Counted from the first letter of the stretch, positions 1 to 9,361 are shown. The stretch is 64,000 nt of DNA from Escherichia coli (GCF_024298765.1 NZ_CP101211.1), one strand, 5' to 3'. A program made the numbers and translations. Notes: generated from the sequence alone by a model not told the origin.

Positions 1-75
1 CTCCGTCTTCAATTTGCTACAATGGCGGCGGCAGCCACAGCCTCCGCCCCAACCCATACAGAAGGTGAACACTGA
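1..75 (+). CDS. mrx: 3' end of mrx (MFS protein of mph(A) operon), cut by the window edge
   Basis: Bases 1-1418 are the reverse complement of 13931-15348 (identical ORF translations on opposite strands); mrx ends at 15274 in the full copy, which maps to 75 here. Confidence 0.6.
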   Translation, partial: LRLQFATMAAAATASAPTHTEGEH

Positions 76-659
76 TGCCCCGCCCCAAGCTCAAGTCCGA
101 TGACGAGGTACTCGAGGCCGCCACCGTAGTGCTGAAGCGTTGCGGTCCCATAGAGTTCACGCTCAGCGGAGTAGCAAAGGAGGTGGGGCTCTCCCGCGCA
201 GCGTTAATCCAGCGCTTCACCAACCGCGATACGCTGCTGGTGAGGATGATGGAGCGCGGCGTCGAGCAGGTGCGGCATTACCTGAATGCGATACCGATAG
301 GCGCAGGGCCGCAAGGGCTCTGGGAATTTTTGCAGGTGCTCGTTCGGAGCATGAACACTCGCAACGACTTCTCGGTGAACTATCTCATCTCCTGGTACGA
401 GCTCCAGGTGCCGGAGCTACGCACGCTTGCGATCCAGCGGAACCGCGCGGTGGTGGAGGGGATCCGCAAGCGACTGCCCCCAGGTGCTCCTGCGGCAGCT
501 GAGTTGCTCCTGCACTCGGTCATCGCTGGCGCGACGATGCAGTGGGCCGTCGATCCGGATGGTGAGCTAGCTGATCATGTGCTGGCTCAGATCGCTGCCA
601 TCCTGTGTTTAATGTTTCCCGAACACGACGATTTCCAACTCCTCCAGGCACATGCGTAA
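75..659 (+). CDS. mphR(A): TetR-family macrolide-responsive repressor MphR(A)
   Basis: 194-aa ORF MPRPKLKSDDEVLEAATVVLKRCG..., recognised as MphR(A); identical to the copy at 14690-15274. Confidence 0.9.
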   Translation: MPRPKLKSDDEVLEAATVVLKRCGPIEFTLSGVAKEVGLSRAALIQRFTNRDTLLVRMMERGVEQVRHYLNAIPIGAGPQGLWEFLQVLVRSMNTRNDFSVNYLISWYELQVPELRTLAIQRNRAVVEGIRKRLPPGAPAAAELLLHSVIAGATMQWAVDPDGELADHVLAQIAAILCLMFPEHDDFQLLQAHA

Positions 660-1097
660 ACGGAGGTGTGCAGAGTCCCTGCGGCAGGCGACGAACACGA
701 CCGTCGTCGATTAGTACCGGTACGGTCGGTGGTATCGAAGTCTTGATCACCACTCAGGTCTACGGCTTACAAATGGTGACCATCCCGATACTTGCGTCAG
801 AGCACCGGGCCGATTCTTTGACAGTGAATCACTCCCGTAAGGTTGTGCCGGTGTGGGTGTCCCGGGTCGAGACGATACTCCGCCAATGCGCCCAGCAAAC
901 AACCTGGCCATCGCAGGTGGTGGGGAGCGGTGTGGCGGATGAGTTGGACAAGTTGGTGTAGCAGCACGAGCACGGCGAGATAACATCGCAGGAGTTCGAC
1001 ATGCTCAAGAGACAGCTGATTGCGAATCGCGATGCAGATTCATAACCCGATTGCGGGTTGGCTTCACTCCACCATCACCGAGCAGACTAGCACGGCG

Positions 1098-1418
1098 GGC
1101 TCTGTTGCAAAGATTGGCGGCAGTCAGAGGTAGGCTGTCGCTCTGCGCCGATCAGGCGGCTGCTGCGAAATGGTGGTTGAGCATGCCCATGGCCTCCGTC
1201 AGCGCCGAGGGCCCAATGCCAAAAGCTCTCTCCACAAGGCGCACCTCGCCCCTGATGCCGGGCTGCAGGCACCAGGGGCGAGCCTGTCCTTTGCGCAGGG
1301 CTCGCATGACTTCGAATCCCTTGATCGTGGCATAGGCCGTGGGGATCGATTTGAAACCGCGCACCGGCTTGATCAGTATCTTGAGCTTTCCGTGATCGGC
1401 CTCGATCACGTTATTGAG
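1098..1418 (-). mobile_element. IS6100 3' fragment (about 321 bp), truncated by IS26
   Basis: IS6100 terminal repeat GGCTCTGTTGCAAA at 1098 and IS6100 tnpA C-terminal codons on the minus strand; the identity with the full copy (13372-14251) stops at the IS26 end at 1419. Confidence 0.85.
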
Positions 1419-2200
1419 GGCACTGTTGCAAATAGTCGGTGGTGATAAACTTATCATCCCCTTTTGCTGATGGAGCTGCACATGAACCCATTCAAAGGCC
1501 GGCATTTTCAGCGTGACATCATTCTGTGGGCCGTACGCTGGTACTGCAAATACGGCATCAGTTACCGTGAGCTGCAGGAGATGCTGGCTGAACGCGGAGT
1601 GAATGTCGATCACTCCACGATTTACCGCTGGGTTCAGCGTTATGCGCCTGAAATGGAAAAACGGCTGCGCTGGTACTGGCGTAACCCTTCCGATCTTTGC
1701 CCGTGGCACATGGATGAAACCTACGTGAAGGTCAATGGCCGCTGGGCGTATCTGTACCGGGCCGTCGACAGCCGGGGCCGCACTGTCGATTTTTATCTCT
1801 CCTCCCGTCGTAACAGCAAAGCTGCATACCGGTTTCTGGGTAAAATCCTCAACAACGTGAAGAAGTGGCAGATCCCGCGATTCATCAACACGGATAAAGC
1901 GCCCGCCTATGGTCGCGCGCTTGCTCTGCTCAAACGCGAAGGCCGGTGCCCGTCTGACGTTGAACACCGACAGATTAAGTACCGGAACAACGTGATTGAA
2001 TGCGATCATGGCAAACTGAAACGGATAATCGGCGCCACGCTGGGATTTAAATCCATGAAGACGGCTTACGCCACCATCAAAGGTATTGAGGTGATGCGTG
2101 CACTACGCAAAGGCCAGGCCTCAGCATTTTATTATGGTGATCCCCTGGGCGAAATGCGCCTGGTAAGCAGAGTTTTTGAAATGTAAGGCCTTTGAATAAG
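1419..2200 (+). mobile_element. IS26, lacking the last 38 bp including its right terminal repeat
   Basis: Left repeat GGCACTGTTGCAAA at 1419 and intact tnpA; sequence diverges from the other IS26 copies after TTTGAATAAG at 2200 instead of continuing ACAAAAGGCTGCC...TTTGCAACAGTGCC. Confidence 0.85.
1464..2186 (+). CDS. tnpA: IS26 transposase (supplied ORF has a 6-aa N-terminal extension)
   Basis: Translation [31 protein letters not shown]... matches IS26 Tnp26. Confidence 0.95.
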   Translation: MLMELHMNPFKGRHFQRDIILWAVRWYCKYGISYRELQEMLAERGVNVDHSTIYRWVQRYAPEMEKRLRWYWRNPSDLCPWHMDETYVKVNGRWAYLYRAVDSRGRTVDFYLSSRRNSKAAYRFLGKILNNVKKWQIPRFINTDKAPAYGRALALLKREGRCPSDVEHRQIKYRNNVIECDHGKLKRIIGATLGFKSMKTAYATIKGIEVMRALRKGQASAFYYGDPLGEMRLVSRVFEM

Positions 2201-2226
2201 GAGAGCATGAAAAACCTCGGGGCAGC
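2201..2226 (+). repeat. Left terminal inverted repeat of the ISKra4-family element
   Basis: About 21 of 26 positions match the reverse complement of 5026-5051. Confidence 0.7.
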
Positions 2227-2292
2227 CATCGAATGATGCCATCTACAGGGGTTAAAATAACCACCATCATTTCATAACAATACCTGCTGACT

Positions 2293-2883
2293 ATGAAGAT
2301 CTACGTCATCAAAATAGCAGTTCATGGAGTCAGTCCGATGGTCTGGCGTCGGCTGAGAATTGCTGCCGACACGTCACTGGCCGCGCTTCACTTCATTTTC
2401 CAGATAGTGCAGGGCTGGGGGGACGACCATCTCCATCAATTTCACATTTATGGCAAAGATTACGGTATCTCCTACGAAGGAGGCATCGGTTTTGTCGATA
2501 ATCCGTTCCGGGTCGTGATTGATGATTTTGCTTTTGATGCTGGCGATCGCTTTACCTATGAATACAATTTCTTTGAGCACTGGCTTCATGACATTCGTGT
2601 TGAGGCCATTTATGAAAACTCTACGCTGAAAGCGCCGTTTTGTATAAGCGGCCATGGTATGCCCGGAGCCACAGCTGCGGATGAGTTCGATAAAACCCTG
2701 GCGTTTCTTGAAGCTATCGTTAATGCGGATGATGAAACAACGGTCGGCGAGATCCGCCCTTTTGCTGACGACCTGGATGCTGTCAGGTTCAACCGCCACA
2801 AAATCAACCGGCAACTGAGCAGGCTCGACCTTGCATCTCCGGTACTGGAGCCTGAAGTTATCTGGCTGGGCCGTCGTCGCTGA
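2293..2883 (+). CDS. Passenger protein of the IS (pRiA4b ORF-3-like), function unknown
   Basis: 196-aa ORF inside the IS boundaries, upstream of the recombinase and transposase genes; family name from memory only. Confidence 0.6.
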   Translation: MKIYVIKIAVHGVSPMVWRRLRIAADTSLAALHFIFQIVQGWGDDHLHQFHIYGKDYGISYEGGIGFVDNPFRVVIDDFAFDAGDRFTYEYNFFEHWLHDIRVEAIYENSTLKAPFCISGHGMPGATAADEFDKTLAFLEAIVNADDETTVGEIRPFADDLDAVRFNRHKINRQLSRLDLASPVLEPEVIWLGRRR

Positions 2884-3019
2884 CTGATGTCTATAAAGGT
2901 ATACGTTTTCAGCATGCCTCTCAGATCCCCGAAAAAATGTCTATAAACCTCCCTAAATCAGTGTTTATGGATTATTCTTTAAATCTCTATGATGTTTAAA
3001 GACCTTCCGGAGGTTTTGC

Positions 3020-3592
3020 GTGCAATATGCCTACATCAGGGTAAGCTCGGCCGATCAGAATACGGCCCGTCAGGAAGAGGCATTGTCAAAGGCGGGTTTT
3101 CAGCCTGATAAAATTTGTGTTGAGCATGCCAGCGCGAAGGACACAAACCGCCCGGGGTTACAGGAACTCCTGGGGCAATTACGCCCTGGTGATACGCTTC
3201 TGGTTCATTCCATCGATCGCCTTTGCCGGAATATGTCGGATATGTGCGCTGTCACCACCCGGCTTCGTGACCAGGGCGTTACCCTTATTTTTCTGAAAGA
3301 GCAGCTGACGTTCAGCGCCGGCACAAACAATCCGATGCAGGAACTGCAGCTGCACATGATGTCGGCATTCAGCCAGTTTGAACGAGCCTTACTGAAGGAA
3401 AGGCAGGCCGACGGCATCGCCGCGAAAAAAGCACGGGGTGAAAAAACAGGGCGCCCCGGCGCCGATATCAAAAAGATCCAGGAAATTGACGCACTCAGAA
3501 GCAGAGGGGTCAGGCTCAGGATCGCCTGCGACCATGCGGGCCTTGGCGTTTCCACATATTATAAGCTTCGTCACCAGATGAACAACCAGTAG
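3020..3592 (+). CDS. Serine recombinase (resolvase/invertase family)
   Basis: N-terminus YAYIRVSSADQN with the catalytic Ser context and a C-terminal helix-turn-helix; 190 aa. Confidence 0.8.
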   Translation: MQYAYIRVSSADQNTARQEEALSKAGFQPDKICVEHASAKDTNRPGLQELLGQLRPGDTLLVHSIDRLCRNMSDMCAVTTRLRDQGVTLIFLKEQLTFSAGTNNPMQELQLHMMSAFSQFERALLKERQADGIAAKKARGEKTGRPGADIKKIQEIDALRSRGVRLRIACDHAGLGVSTYYKLRHQMNNQ

Positions 3593-3625
3593 CCGGGAGA
3601 TAGTCATCCACCACAGCAGGAGGCA

Positions 3626-5020
3626 ATGATGCAACTGACGCTCCAGATAGTCATCACCGATGAATCAGGCTCCAGTCGAACGGAGGAACTGATGACAATC
3701 CAGAAATCAGGGGAGACCCGGAACGACATCGGATTATCGGTGTCAGAATCCAAGCTGTTGCTGAATACGGTCCAGCAGTCGGTGGTCCAGCTGCAGGCAG
3801 ACGAATATACTCAACACCATATCCGGTGCCCTCACTGCCTTGCTGCGCGCAGAATCAAAGGCAAACAGAAAATACGGTACCGGACGCTGTTTGGCGTTAT
3901 TCCGGTATCCGGGCTTCGGGTGTACCGGTGCCGTTGTGAAGAGAGTGATACAAAGACAGTCAGTTTGCTCAGCGACTGGGCCGGCGATTATTCTCACCCG
4001 GCACTGAAATATATTGAAACCCGCTGGGCCTCGATGATCTCCTATGAAATGACGACTCGTCTGCTGAAAGATATTCTGCCGGTGGGCCACAGCCTGAATG
4101 CCTCAACGGTGAGGAATCATTTATGCCAGGTGGCGCAGCGTCTTGACGCTGAGGCTGAAGCTCATTCAGGTTTTCTTTCCGGCTGCCCCCGCGACTGGGG
4201 GAACCTGCCCAGGCCAGGAAAACCGCTTGTGGTGGGTATAGATGGTGGTTATGTTCGCGATCGGGATGACAAAAAGCGTAATTTTGAAATTATTGCCGGG
4301 AAGTCTTTTTCCGTTGGTGCGCCTGCTGACACCCGCCGCTTCGGTTTTGTTCAGAAGGATGACTGTCATCCGGAACGCAGGCTCATGACCCACCTTTCAG
4401 CGCAGGGAATGCAGGCCAACCAGCAGATATTTTTTCTGTCCGACGGCGCGGATAATCTCAGGGACCTCCAGTTCGGTATGTACCCTGAGTCAACGCATGT
4501 GCTGGACTGGTTTCATATCACCATGAGGCTGAAGGTGCTCATGCAATATGCCCGGGGACTGCTGGTATCAGATCCAGAGGCGGGGAGTAAAGTTCTGGCA
4601 CTGCTGGAAAGCATTAAACGATATCTCTGGCATGGCAATGTTGTCGCTGCGCTGGAACATATTGATAATTGCGTTATGTATTGCGATGACCCTGAACTCA
4701 GCTATCCTAGCCTGAAATCCCTGCAAAAACATCTGGATGAAATGTATACCTACATCCGGAATAATAAGATGATGATCCCAAACTACGGCGAAATGCGTCG
4801 GTACGGAGAGCCGGTATCAACCGCGTTTGTGGAATCCACGATCAATGAAGTGATCGCCAGACGAATGGCCAAAAAGCAGCAGATGCAGTGGAGCAGAAAA
4901 GGGGCTCATTATTTGTTACAGACCCGGACCGCCGTTTTGAATAACGAACTGCAGGATAAATTTGTCTGCTGGTATCCGGGTTTTCAAAGTGACGGGAAGG
5001 GACCAGCGATGGCAGCATAG
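3626..5020 (+). CDS. ISKra4-family DDE transposase
   Basis: 464-aa ORF with an N-terminal Cys cluster (CPHC...CRC) and a transposase-like core; sits against the right inverted repeat. Confidence 0.75.
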   Translation: MMQLTLQIVITDESGSSRTEELMTIQKSGETRNDIGLSVSESKLLLNTVQQSVVQLQADEYTQHHIRCPHCLAARRIKGKQKIRYRTLFGVIPVSGLRVYRCRCEESDTKTVSLLSDWAGDYSHPALKYIETRWASMISYEMTTRLLKDILPVGHSLNASTVRNHLCQVAQRLDAEAEAHSGFLSGCPRDWGNLPRPGKPLVVGIDGGYVRDRDDKKRNFEIIAGKSFSVGAPADTRRFGFVQKDDCHPERRLMTHLSAQGMQANQQIFFLSDGADNLRDLQFGMYPESTHVLDWFHITMRLKVLMQYARGLLVSDPEAGSKVLALLESIKRYLWHGNVVAALEHIDNCVMYCDDPELSYPSLKSLQKHLDEMYTYIRNNKMMIPNYGEMRRYGEPVSTAFVESTINEVIARRMAKKQQMQWSRKGAHYLLQTRTAVLNNELQDKFVCWYPGFQSDGKGPAMAA

Positions 5021-5025
5021 CTCAC

Positions 5026-5051
5026 GCTGCCCCAATATTTTTTATGCTCTC
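5026..5051 (-). repeat. Right terminal inverted repeat of the ISKra4-family element
   Basis: Reverse complement matches 2201-2226 at about 21 of 26 positions. Confidence 0.7.
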
Positions 5052-5481
5052 GGTCGTATGGAAGCTGGACCGCCTCGGTCGTGATCTTCGTCATCTCATT
5101 AATACAGTGCACGACCTGACCGCGAGGGGGACCGGTCTGAAAGTGCTGACCGGTCACGGGGCGACTATCGACACAACAACGGCCGCTGGCAAGCTTGTCT
5201 TCGGTATCTTTGCCGCACTGGCGGAGTTTGAGCGCGAACTGATTGCTGAAAGAACGACTGCAGGTCTGGCATCAGCAAGAGCCCGTGGGCGGAACGGCGG
5301 CCGACCTTATAAAATGACGCCAGTCAAACTGCGACTGGCAATGGCATCAATGGGACAATCAGAAACAAAGGTCAGTACGCTATGCCAGGAACTTGGGATA
5401 ACCCGGCAAACTTTGTACAGGCATATTTCCCCTGTTGGTCAACTGCGGGCGGACGGGATCAAGCTGCTCAACCGTGGATAA
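5052..5481 (+). pseudogene. tnpR: Resolvase gene fragment lacking its 5' end including the catalytic Ser region
   Basis: Reading frame begins VVWKLDRLGRD immediately after the IS right repeat; C-terminal helix-turn-helix present, N-terminal about 60 codons absent. Confidence 0.7.
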
Positions 5482-5538
5482 TTTGAACGGACGGAAAAAT
5501 CTGGGGTTCCGGCGTAGTACCCCTATCACCTCCACATT

Positions 5539-5552
5539 TTTGCAACAGTGCC
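5539..5552 (-). repeat. Isolated IS26-type 14-bp terminal repeat (IS6-family end remnant)
   Basis: Exact TTTGCAACAGTGCC; the adjacent inner sequence resembles but does not match IS26. Confidence 0.4.
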
Positions 5553-5802
5553 TTATAAATGGCAGCCTTATGTTTACTTGCCAAGATGGGCTACCATATG
5601 ATGTTTTATACTGAGCAATATTAATATTATCTTTAATGGAAAAATTAAGCCCACTAAGTGACCCACTGCTATATGGCTCTATTGTGAAGACGCCTGAGGG
5701 TAAAAATTTATACATGGTTGTCCCTATGTCTATTATTGCAAGGTTGACAATATTATTCGTTTTATAAATTTGAGCGTTTAAAATCACACATCAAAGCAAT
5801 TA

Positions 5803-5866
5803 GTCAGGATAAACAACAATACCCAGTGCTTCGAGAATCAGTTCTTGCTGCCAGGCTGCAATTTTG
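5803..5866 (-). pseudogene. qnrS1: qnrS1 3' fragment (last 20 codons plus stop)
   Basis: Minus-strand translation KIAAWQQELILEALGIVVYPD* continues the 5' fragment at 8397-8994 across the 8-bp duplication. Confidence 0.85.
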
Positions 5867-6686
5867 GGCACTGTTGCAAAGTTAGCGATGAGGCAGCCTT
5901 TTGTCTTATTCAAAGGCCTTACATTTCAAAAACTCTGCTTACCAGGCGCATTTCGCCCAGGGGATCACCATAATAAAATGCTGAGGCCTGGCCTTTGCGT
6001 AGTGCACGCATCACCTCAATACCTTTGATGGTGGCGTAAGCCGTCTTCATGGATTTAAATCCCAGCGTGGCGCCGATTATCCGTTTCAGTTTGCCATGAT
6101 CGCATTCAATCACGTTGTTCCGGTACTTAATCTGTCGGTGTTCAACGTCAGACGGGCACCGGCCTTCGCGTTTGAGCAGAGCAAGCGCGCGACCATAGGC
6201 GGGCGCTTTATCCGTGTTGATGAATCGCGGGATCTGCCACTTCTTCACGTTGTTGAGGATTTTACCCAGAAACCGGTATGCAGCTTTGCTGTTACGACGG
6301 GAGGAGAGATAAAAATCGACAGTGCGGCCCCGGCTGTCGACGGCCCGGTACAGATACGCCCAGCGGCCATTGACCTTCACGTAGGTTTCATCCATGTGCC
6401 ACGGGCAAAGATCGGAAGGGTTACGCCAGTACCAGCGCAGCCGTTTTTCCATTTCAGGCGCATAACGCTGAACCCAGCGGTAAATCGTGGAGTGATCGAC
6501 ATTCACTCCGCGTTCAGCCAGCATCTCCTGCAGCTCACGGTAACTGATGCCGTATTTGCAGTACCAGCGTACGGCCCACAGAATGATGTCACGCTGAAAA
6601 TGCCGGCCTTTGAATGGGTTCATGTGCAGCTCCATCAGCAAAAGGGGATGATAAGTTTATCACCACCGACTATTTGCAACAGTGCC
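5867..6686 (-). mobile_element. IS26 (820 bp, complete)
   Basis: 14-bp terminal repeats at both ends, with tnpA on the minus strand. Confidence 0.95.
5919..6641 (-). CDS. tnpA: IS26 transposase
   Basis: Identical translation to the other IS26 tnpA copies. Confidence 0.95.
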   Translation of the reverse strand: MLMELHMNPFKGRHFQRDIILWAVRWYCKYGISYRELQEMLAERGVNVDHSTIYRWVQRYAPEMEKRLRWYWRNPSDLCPWHMDETYVKVNGRWAYLYRAVDSRGRTVDFYLSSRRNSKAAYRFLGKILNNVKKWQIPRFINTDKAPAYGRALALLKREGRCPSDVEHRQIKYRNNVIECDHGKLKRIIGATLGFKSMKTAYATIKGIEVMRALRKGQASAFYYGDPLGEMRLVSRVFEM

Positions 6687-6754
6687 CGCTTAAAAATAAT
6701 AAAAGCAGACTTGACCTGATAGTTTGGCTGTGAGCAATTATGTGCTTAGTGCAT

Positions 6755-6825
6755 CTAACTTTGTTTTAGGGCGACTGCCCTGCTGCGTAACATCGTTGCT
6801 GCTCCATAACATCAAACATCGACCC
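6755..6825 (-). other. attI1 recombination site of a class 1 integron, apparently with no cassette
   Basis: 5'-conserved segment ...GTCGCCCTAAAACAAAGTTAGAT followed on the cassette strand by what I recall as the start of the qacE cassette, cut by IS26 at 6686; boundaries approximate. Confidence 0.6.
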
Positions 6826-6894
6826 ACGGCGTAACGCGCTTGCTGCTTGGATGCCCGAGGCATAGACTGTACAAAAAAACAGTCATAACAAGCC

Positions 6895-7576
6895 ATGAAA
6901 ACCGCCACTGCGCCGTTACCACCGCTGCGTTCGGTCAAGGTTCTGGACCAGTTGCGTGAGCGCATACGCTACTTGCATTACAGTTTACGAACCGAACAGG
7001 CTTATGTCCACTGGGTTCGTGCCTTCATCCGTTTCCACGGTGTGCGTCACCCGGCAACCTTGGGCAGCAGCGAAGTCGAGGCATTTCTGTCCTGGCTGGC
7101 GAACGAGCGCAAGGTTTCGGTCTCCACGCATCGTCAGGCATTGGCGGCCTTGCTGTTCTTCTACGGCAAGGTGCTGTGCACGGATCTGCCCTGGCTTCAG
7201 GAGATCGGAAGACCTCGGCCGTCGCGGCGCTTGCCGGTGGTGCTGACCCCGGATGAAGTGGTTCGCATCCTCGGTTTTCTGGAAGGCGAGCATCGTTTGT
7301 TCGCCCAGCTTCTGTATGGAACGGGCATGCGGATCAGTGAGGGTTTGCAACTGCGGGTCAAGGATCTGGATTTCGATCACGGCACGATCATCGTGCGGGA
7401 GGGCAAGGGCTCCAAGGATCGGGCCTTGATGTTACCCGAGAGCTTGGCACCCAGCCTGCGCGAGCAGCTGTCGCGTGCACGGGCATGGTGGCTGAAGGAC
7501 CAGGCCGAGGGCCGCAGCGGCGTTGCGCTTCCCGACGCCCTTGAGCGGAAGTATCCGCGCGCCGGGCATTCCTGGC
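6895..7576 (+). pseudogene. intI1: Class 1 integrase gene truncated at its 3' end by IS26 (about 227 codons kept)
   Basis: Translation [44 protein letters not shown]... matches IntI1; reading frame runs into the IS26 repeat at 7577. Confidence 0.9.
6982..7010 (-). promoter_or_regulatory. Integron cassette promoter Pc, hybrid variant (-35 TGGACA, -10 TAAACT, 17-bp spacer)
   Basis: On the cassette strand: TGGACAtaagcctgttcggttcgTAAACT inside intI1. Confidence 0.7.
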
Positions 7577-8396
7577 GGCACTGTTGCAAATAGTCGGTGG
7601 TGATAAACTTATCATCCCCTTTTGCTGATGGAGCTGCACATGAACCCATTCAAAGGCCGGCATTTTCAGCGTGACATCATTCTGTGGGCCGTACGCTGGT
7701 ACTGCAAATACGGCATCAGTTACCGTGAGCTGCAGGAGATGCTGGCTGAACGCGGAGTGAATGTCGATCACTCCACGATTTACCGCTGGGTTCAGCGTTA
7801 TGCGCCTGAAATGGAAAAACGGCTGCGCTGGTACTGGCGTAACCCTTCCGATCTTTGCCCGTGGCACATGGATGAAACCTACGTGAAGGTCAATGGCCGC
7901 TGGGCGTATCTGTACCGGGCCGTCGACAGCCGGGGCCGCACTGTCGATTTTTATCTCTCCTCCCGTCGTAACAGCAAAGCTGCATACCGGTTTCTGGGTA
8001 AAATCCTCAACAACGTGAAGAAGTGGCAGATCCCGCGATTCATCAACACGGATAAAGCGCCCGCCTATGGTCGCGCGCTTGCTCTGCTCAAACGCGAAGG
8101 CCGGTGCCCGTCTGACGTTGAACACCGACAGATTAAGTACCGGAACAACGTGATTGAATGCGATCATGGCAAACTGAAACGGATAATCGGCGCCACGCTG
8201 GGATTTAAATCCATGAAGACGGCTTACGCCACCATCAAAGGTATTGAGGTGATGCGTGCACTACGCAAAGGCCAGGCCTCAGCATTTTATTATGGTGATC
8301 CCCTGGGCGAAATGCGCCTGGTAAGCAGAGTTTTTGAAATGTAAGGCCTTTGAATAAGACAAAAGGCTGCCTCATCGCTAACTTTGCAACAGTGCC
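7577..8396 (+). mobile_element. IS26 (820 bp, complete)
   Basis: 14-bp terminal repeats at 7577 and 8383-8396. Confidence 0.95.
7622..8344 (+). CDS. tnpA: IS26 transposase
   Basis: Identical translation to the other IS26 tnpA copies. Confidence 0.95.
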   Translation: MLMELHMNPFKGRHFQRDIILWAVRWYCKYGISYRELQEMLAERGVNVDHSTIYRWVQRYAPEMEKRLRWYWRNPSDLCPWHMDETYVKVNGRWAYLYRAVDSRGRTVDFYLSSRRNSKAAYRFLGKILNNVKKWQIPRFINTDKAPAYGRALALLKREGRCPSDVEHRQIKYRNNVIECDHGKLKRIIGATLGFKSMKTAYATIKGIEVMRALRKGQASAFYYGDPLGEMRLVSRVFEM

Positions 8397-8994
8397 CAAT
8401 TTTGATACCTGATGTATCGACTTTGCGGGGATCTAAACCGTCGAGTTCGGCGTGGCATAAATTGGCACCCTGTAGGCTAAATTGCCCCCAGACATCTTCG
8501 GAAAAAACACCTCGACTTAAGTCTGACTCTTTCAGTGATGCACCCGCTAGGTTCGTTCCTATCCAGCGATTTTCAAACAACTCACATTTTTCTAAACAAA
8601 CCCTCTCCATATTGGCATAGGAAAGATTACATCCAGAAATAAATGCTGAGCAAAAGTACATACGATTACTCACTTGATGGGCAAAGTTTGTTCGGGAAAA
8701 GTTGGCACCTTTTAAATCACACGCACGGAACTCTATACCGTAGCAATTGGCATTACTGAAGTTTGCCATCGCAAGTTGGCATTGTTGGAAACTTGCATCA
8801 CGAAGATCTGCGACATCAAAGTGGCAGCCTTCGATATCACCCTGTTCAATGAACTTGCAGTTGACGAATGTCGTATCACGCAAGTTAGCACGTCGAAAGT
8901 CGCTGCGAATGAATGTGCAAGCGGTGAAGGTGAGATCACTTAAGTCTTTATGTGAAAAGTTGTGGTGCCGATATGTATGATTGTAGGTTTCCAT
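8397..8994 (-). pseudogene. qnrS1: qnrS1 5' fragment (first about 199 codons), interrupted
   Basis: METYNHTYRHHNFSHKDLSDLTFTACTFIRSDF... pentapeptide-repeat protein matching QnrS1; the supplied ORF tail is read-through into the IS26 repeat. Confidence 0.9.
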
Positions 8995-9361
8995 GAGTAC
9001 TCCTTGTTGAAAGGAGGGCTAGACTACCATTATACATATGCCAAGACATTAAAATAAAAGCCTGTTACATCAACACATTACAACCCCTCAATTTACCTGT
9101 TTTAAGTGGTCAAATTGGCGCGTAGAGCGCCTATCGCTCTTGCATTGGCACGCGGCCCTGTTGAAAAAAGTTATTCGCTTTAGATAGGGTTAGGAGAGCC
9201 GTGCTTCGCCGGTAAAAAATCGGACTATCCGACGCAGGGCGGACTCATCGGCGGAGAAGCAAACTTTGACTATATCTCCCTACACTTGGAAGAGGGCTAG
9301 ACTGGCCCCATAGATCACCAGACACTTCGACTCTCTTAAAATAAGAGGTAGTCTTGGAACT

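Larger units (their letters stand above)
2201..5051 (+). mobile_element. ISKra4-family insertion sequence, ISKpn19-like, complete at 2851 bp
   Basis: Imperfect 26-bp terminal inverted repeats GAGAGCATGAAAAACCTCGGGGCAGC (2201-2226) and GAGAGCATAAAAAATATTGGGGCAGC (reverse complement of 5026-5051) enclose three plus-strand ORFs. Confidence 0.75.

Noticed and set aside
1152-2009. Long antisense ORF ([13 protein letters not shown]...) that recurs opposite every IS26 tnpA (also 6096-6719, 7388-8167, 17713-18333, 20783-21481)
   Set aside because: It is the reverse-strand frame of IS26 tnpA and extends or fuses with whatever flanks each copy; not an independent gene.
6738-7380. ORFs overlapping attI1 and intI1 (6738-6965, 6956-7246, 6985-7380 and their duplicates near 20100)
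   Set aside because: Alternative frames within the integron 5'-conserved segment; no support as separate genes.
8290-8994. Reading the supplied 234-aa ORF as an intact, slightly longer qnrS1 allele
   Set aside because: Its last 35 residues are encoded by the IS26 terminal repeat (the same tail appears on the truncated intI1 at 20109-20660); the real C-terminus of QnrS1 is at 5803-5866.
9008-9028. GGAGGGCTAGACT just upstream of qnrS1 resembling the IS2-like left end at 9289-9309
   Set aside because: Only about 13 bp of similarity; could be chance or a footprint, and is not enough to call a second IS end.
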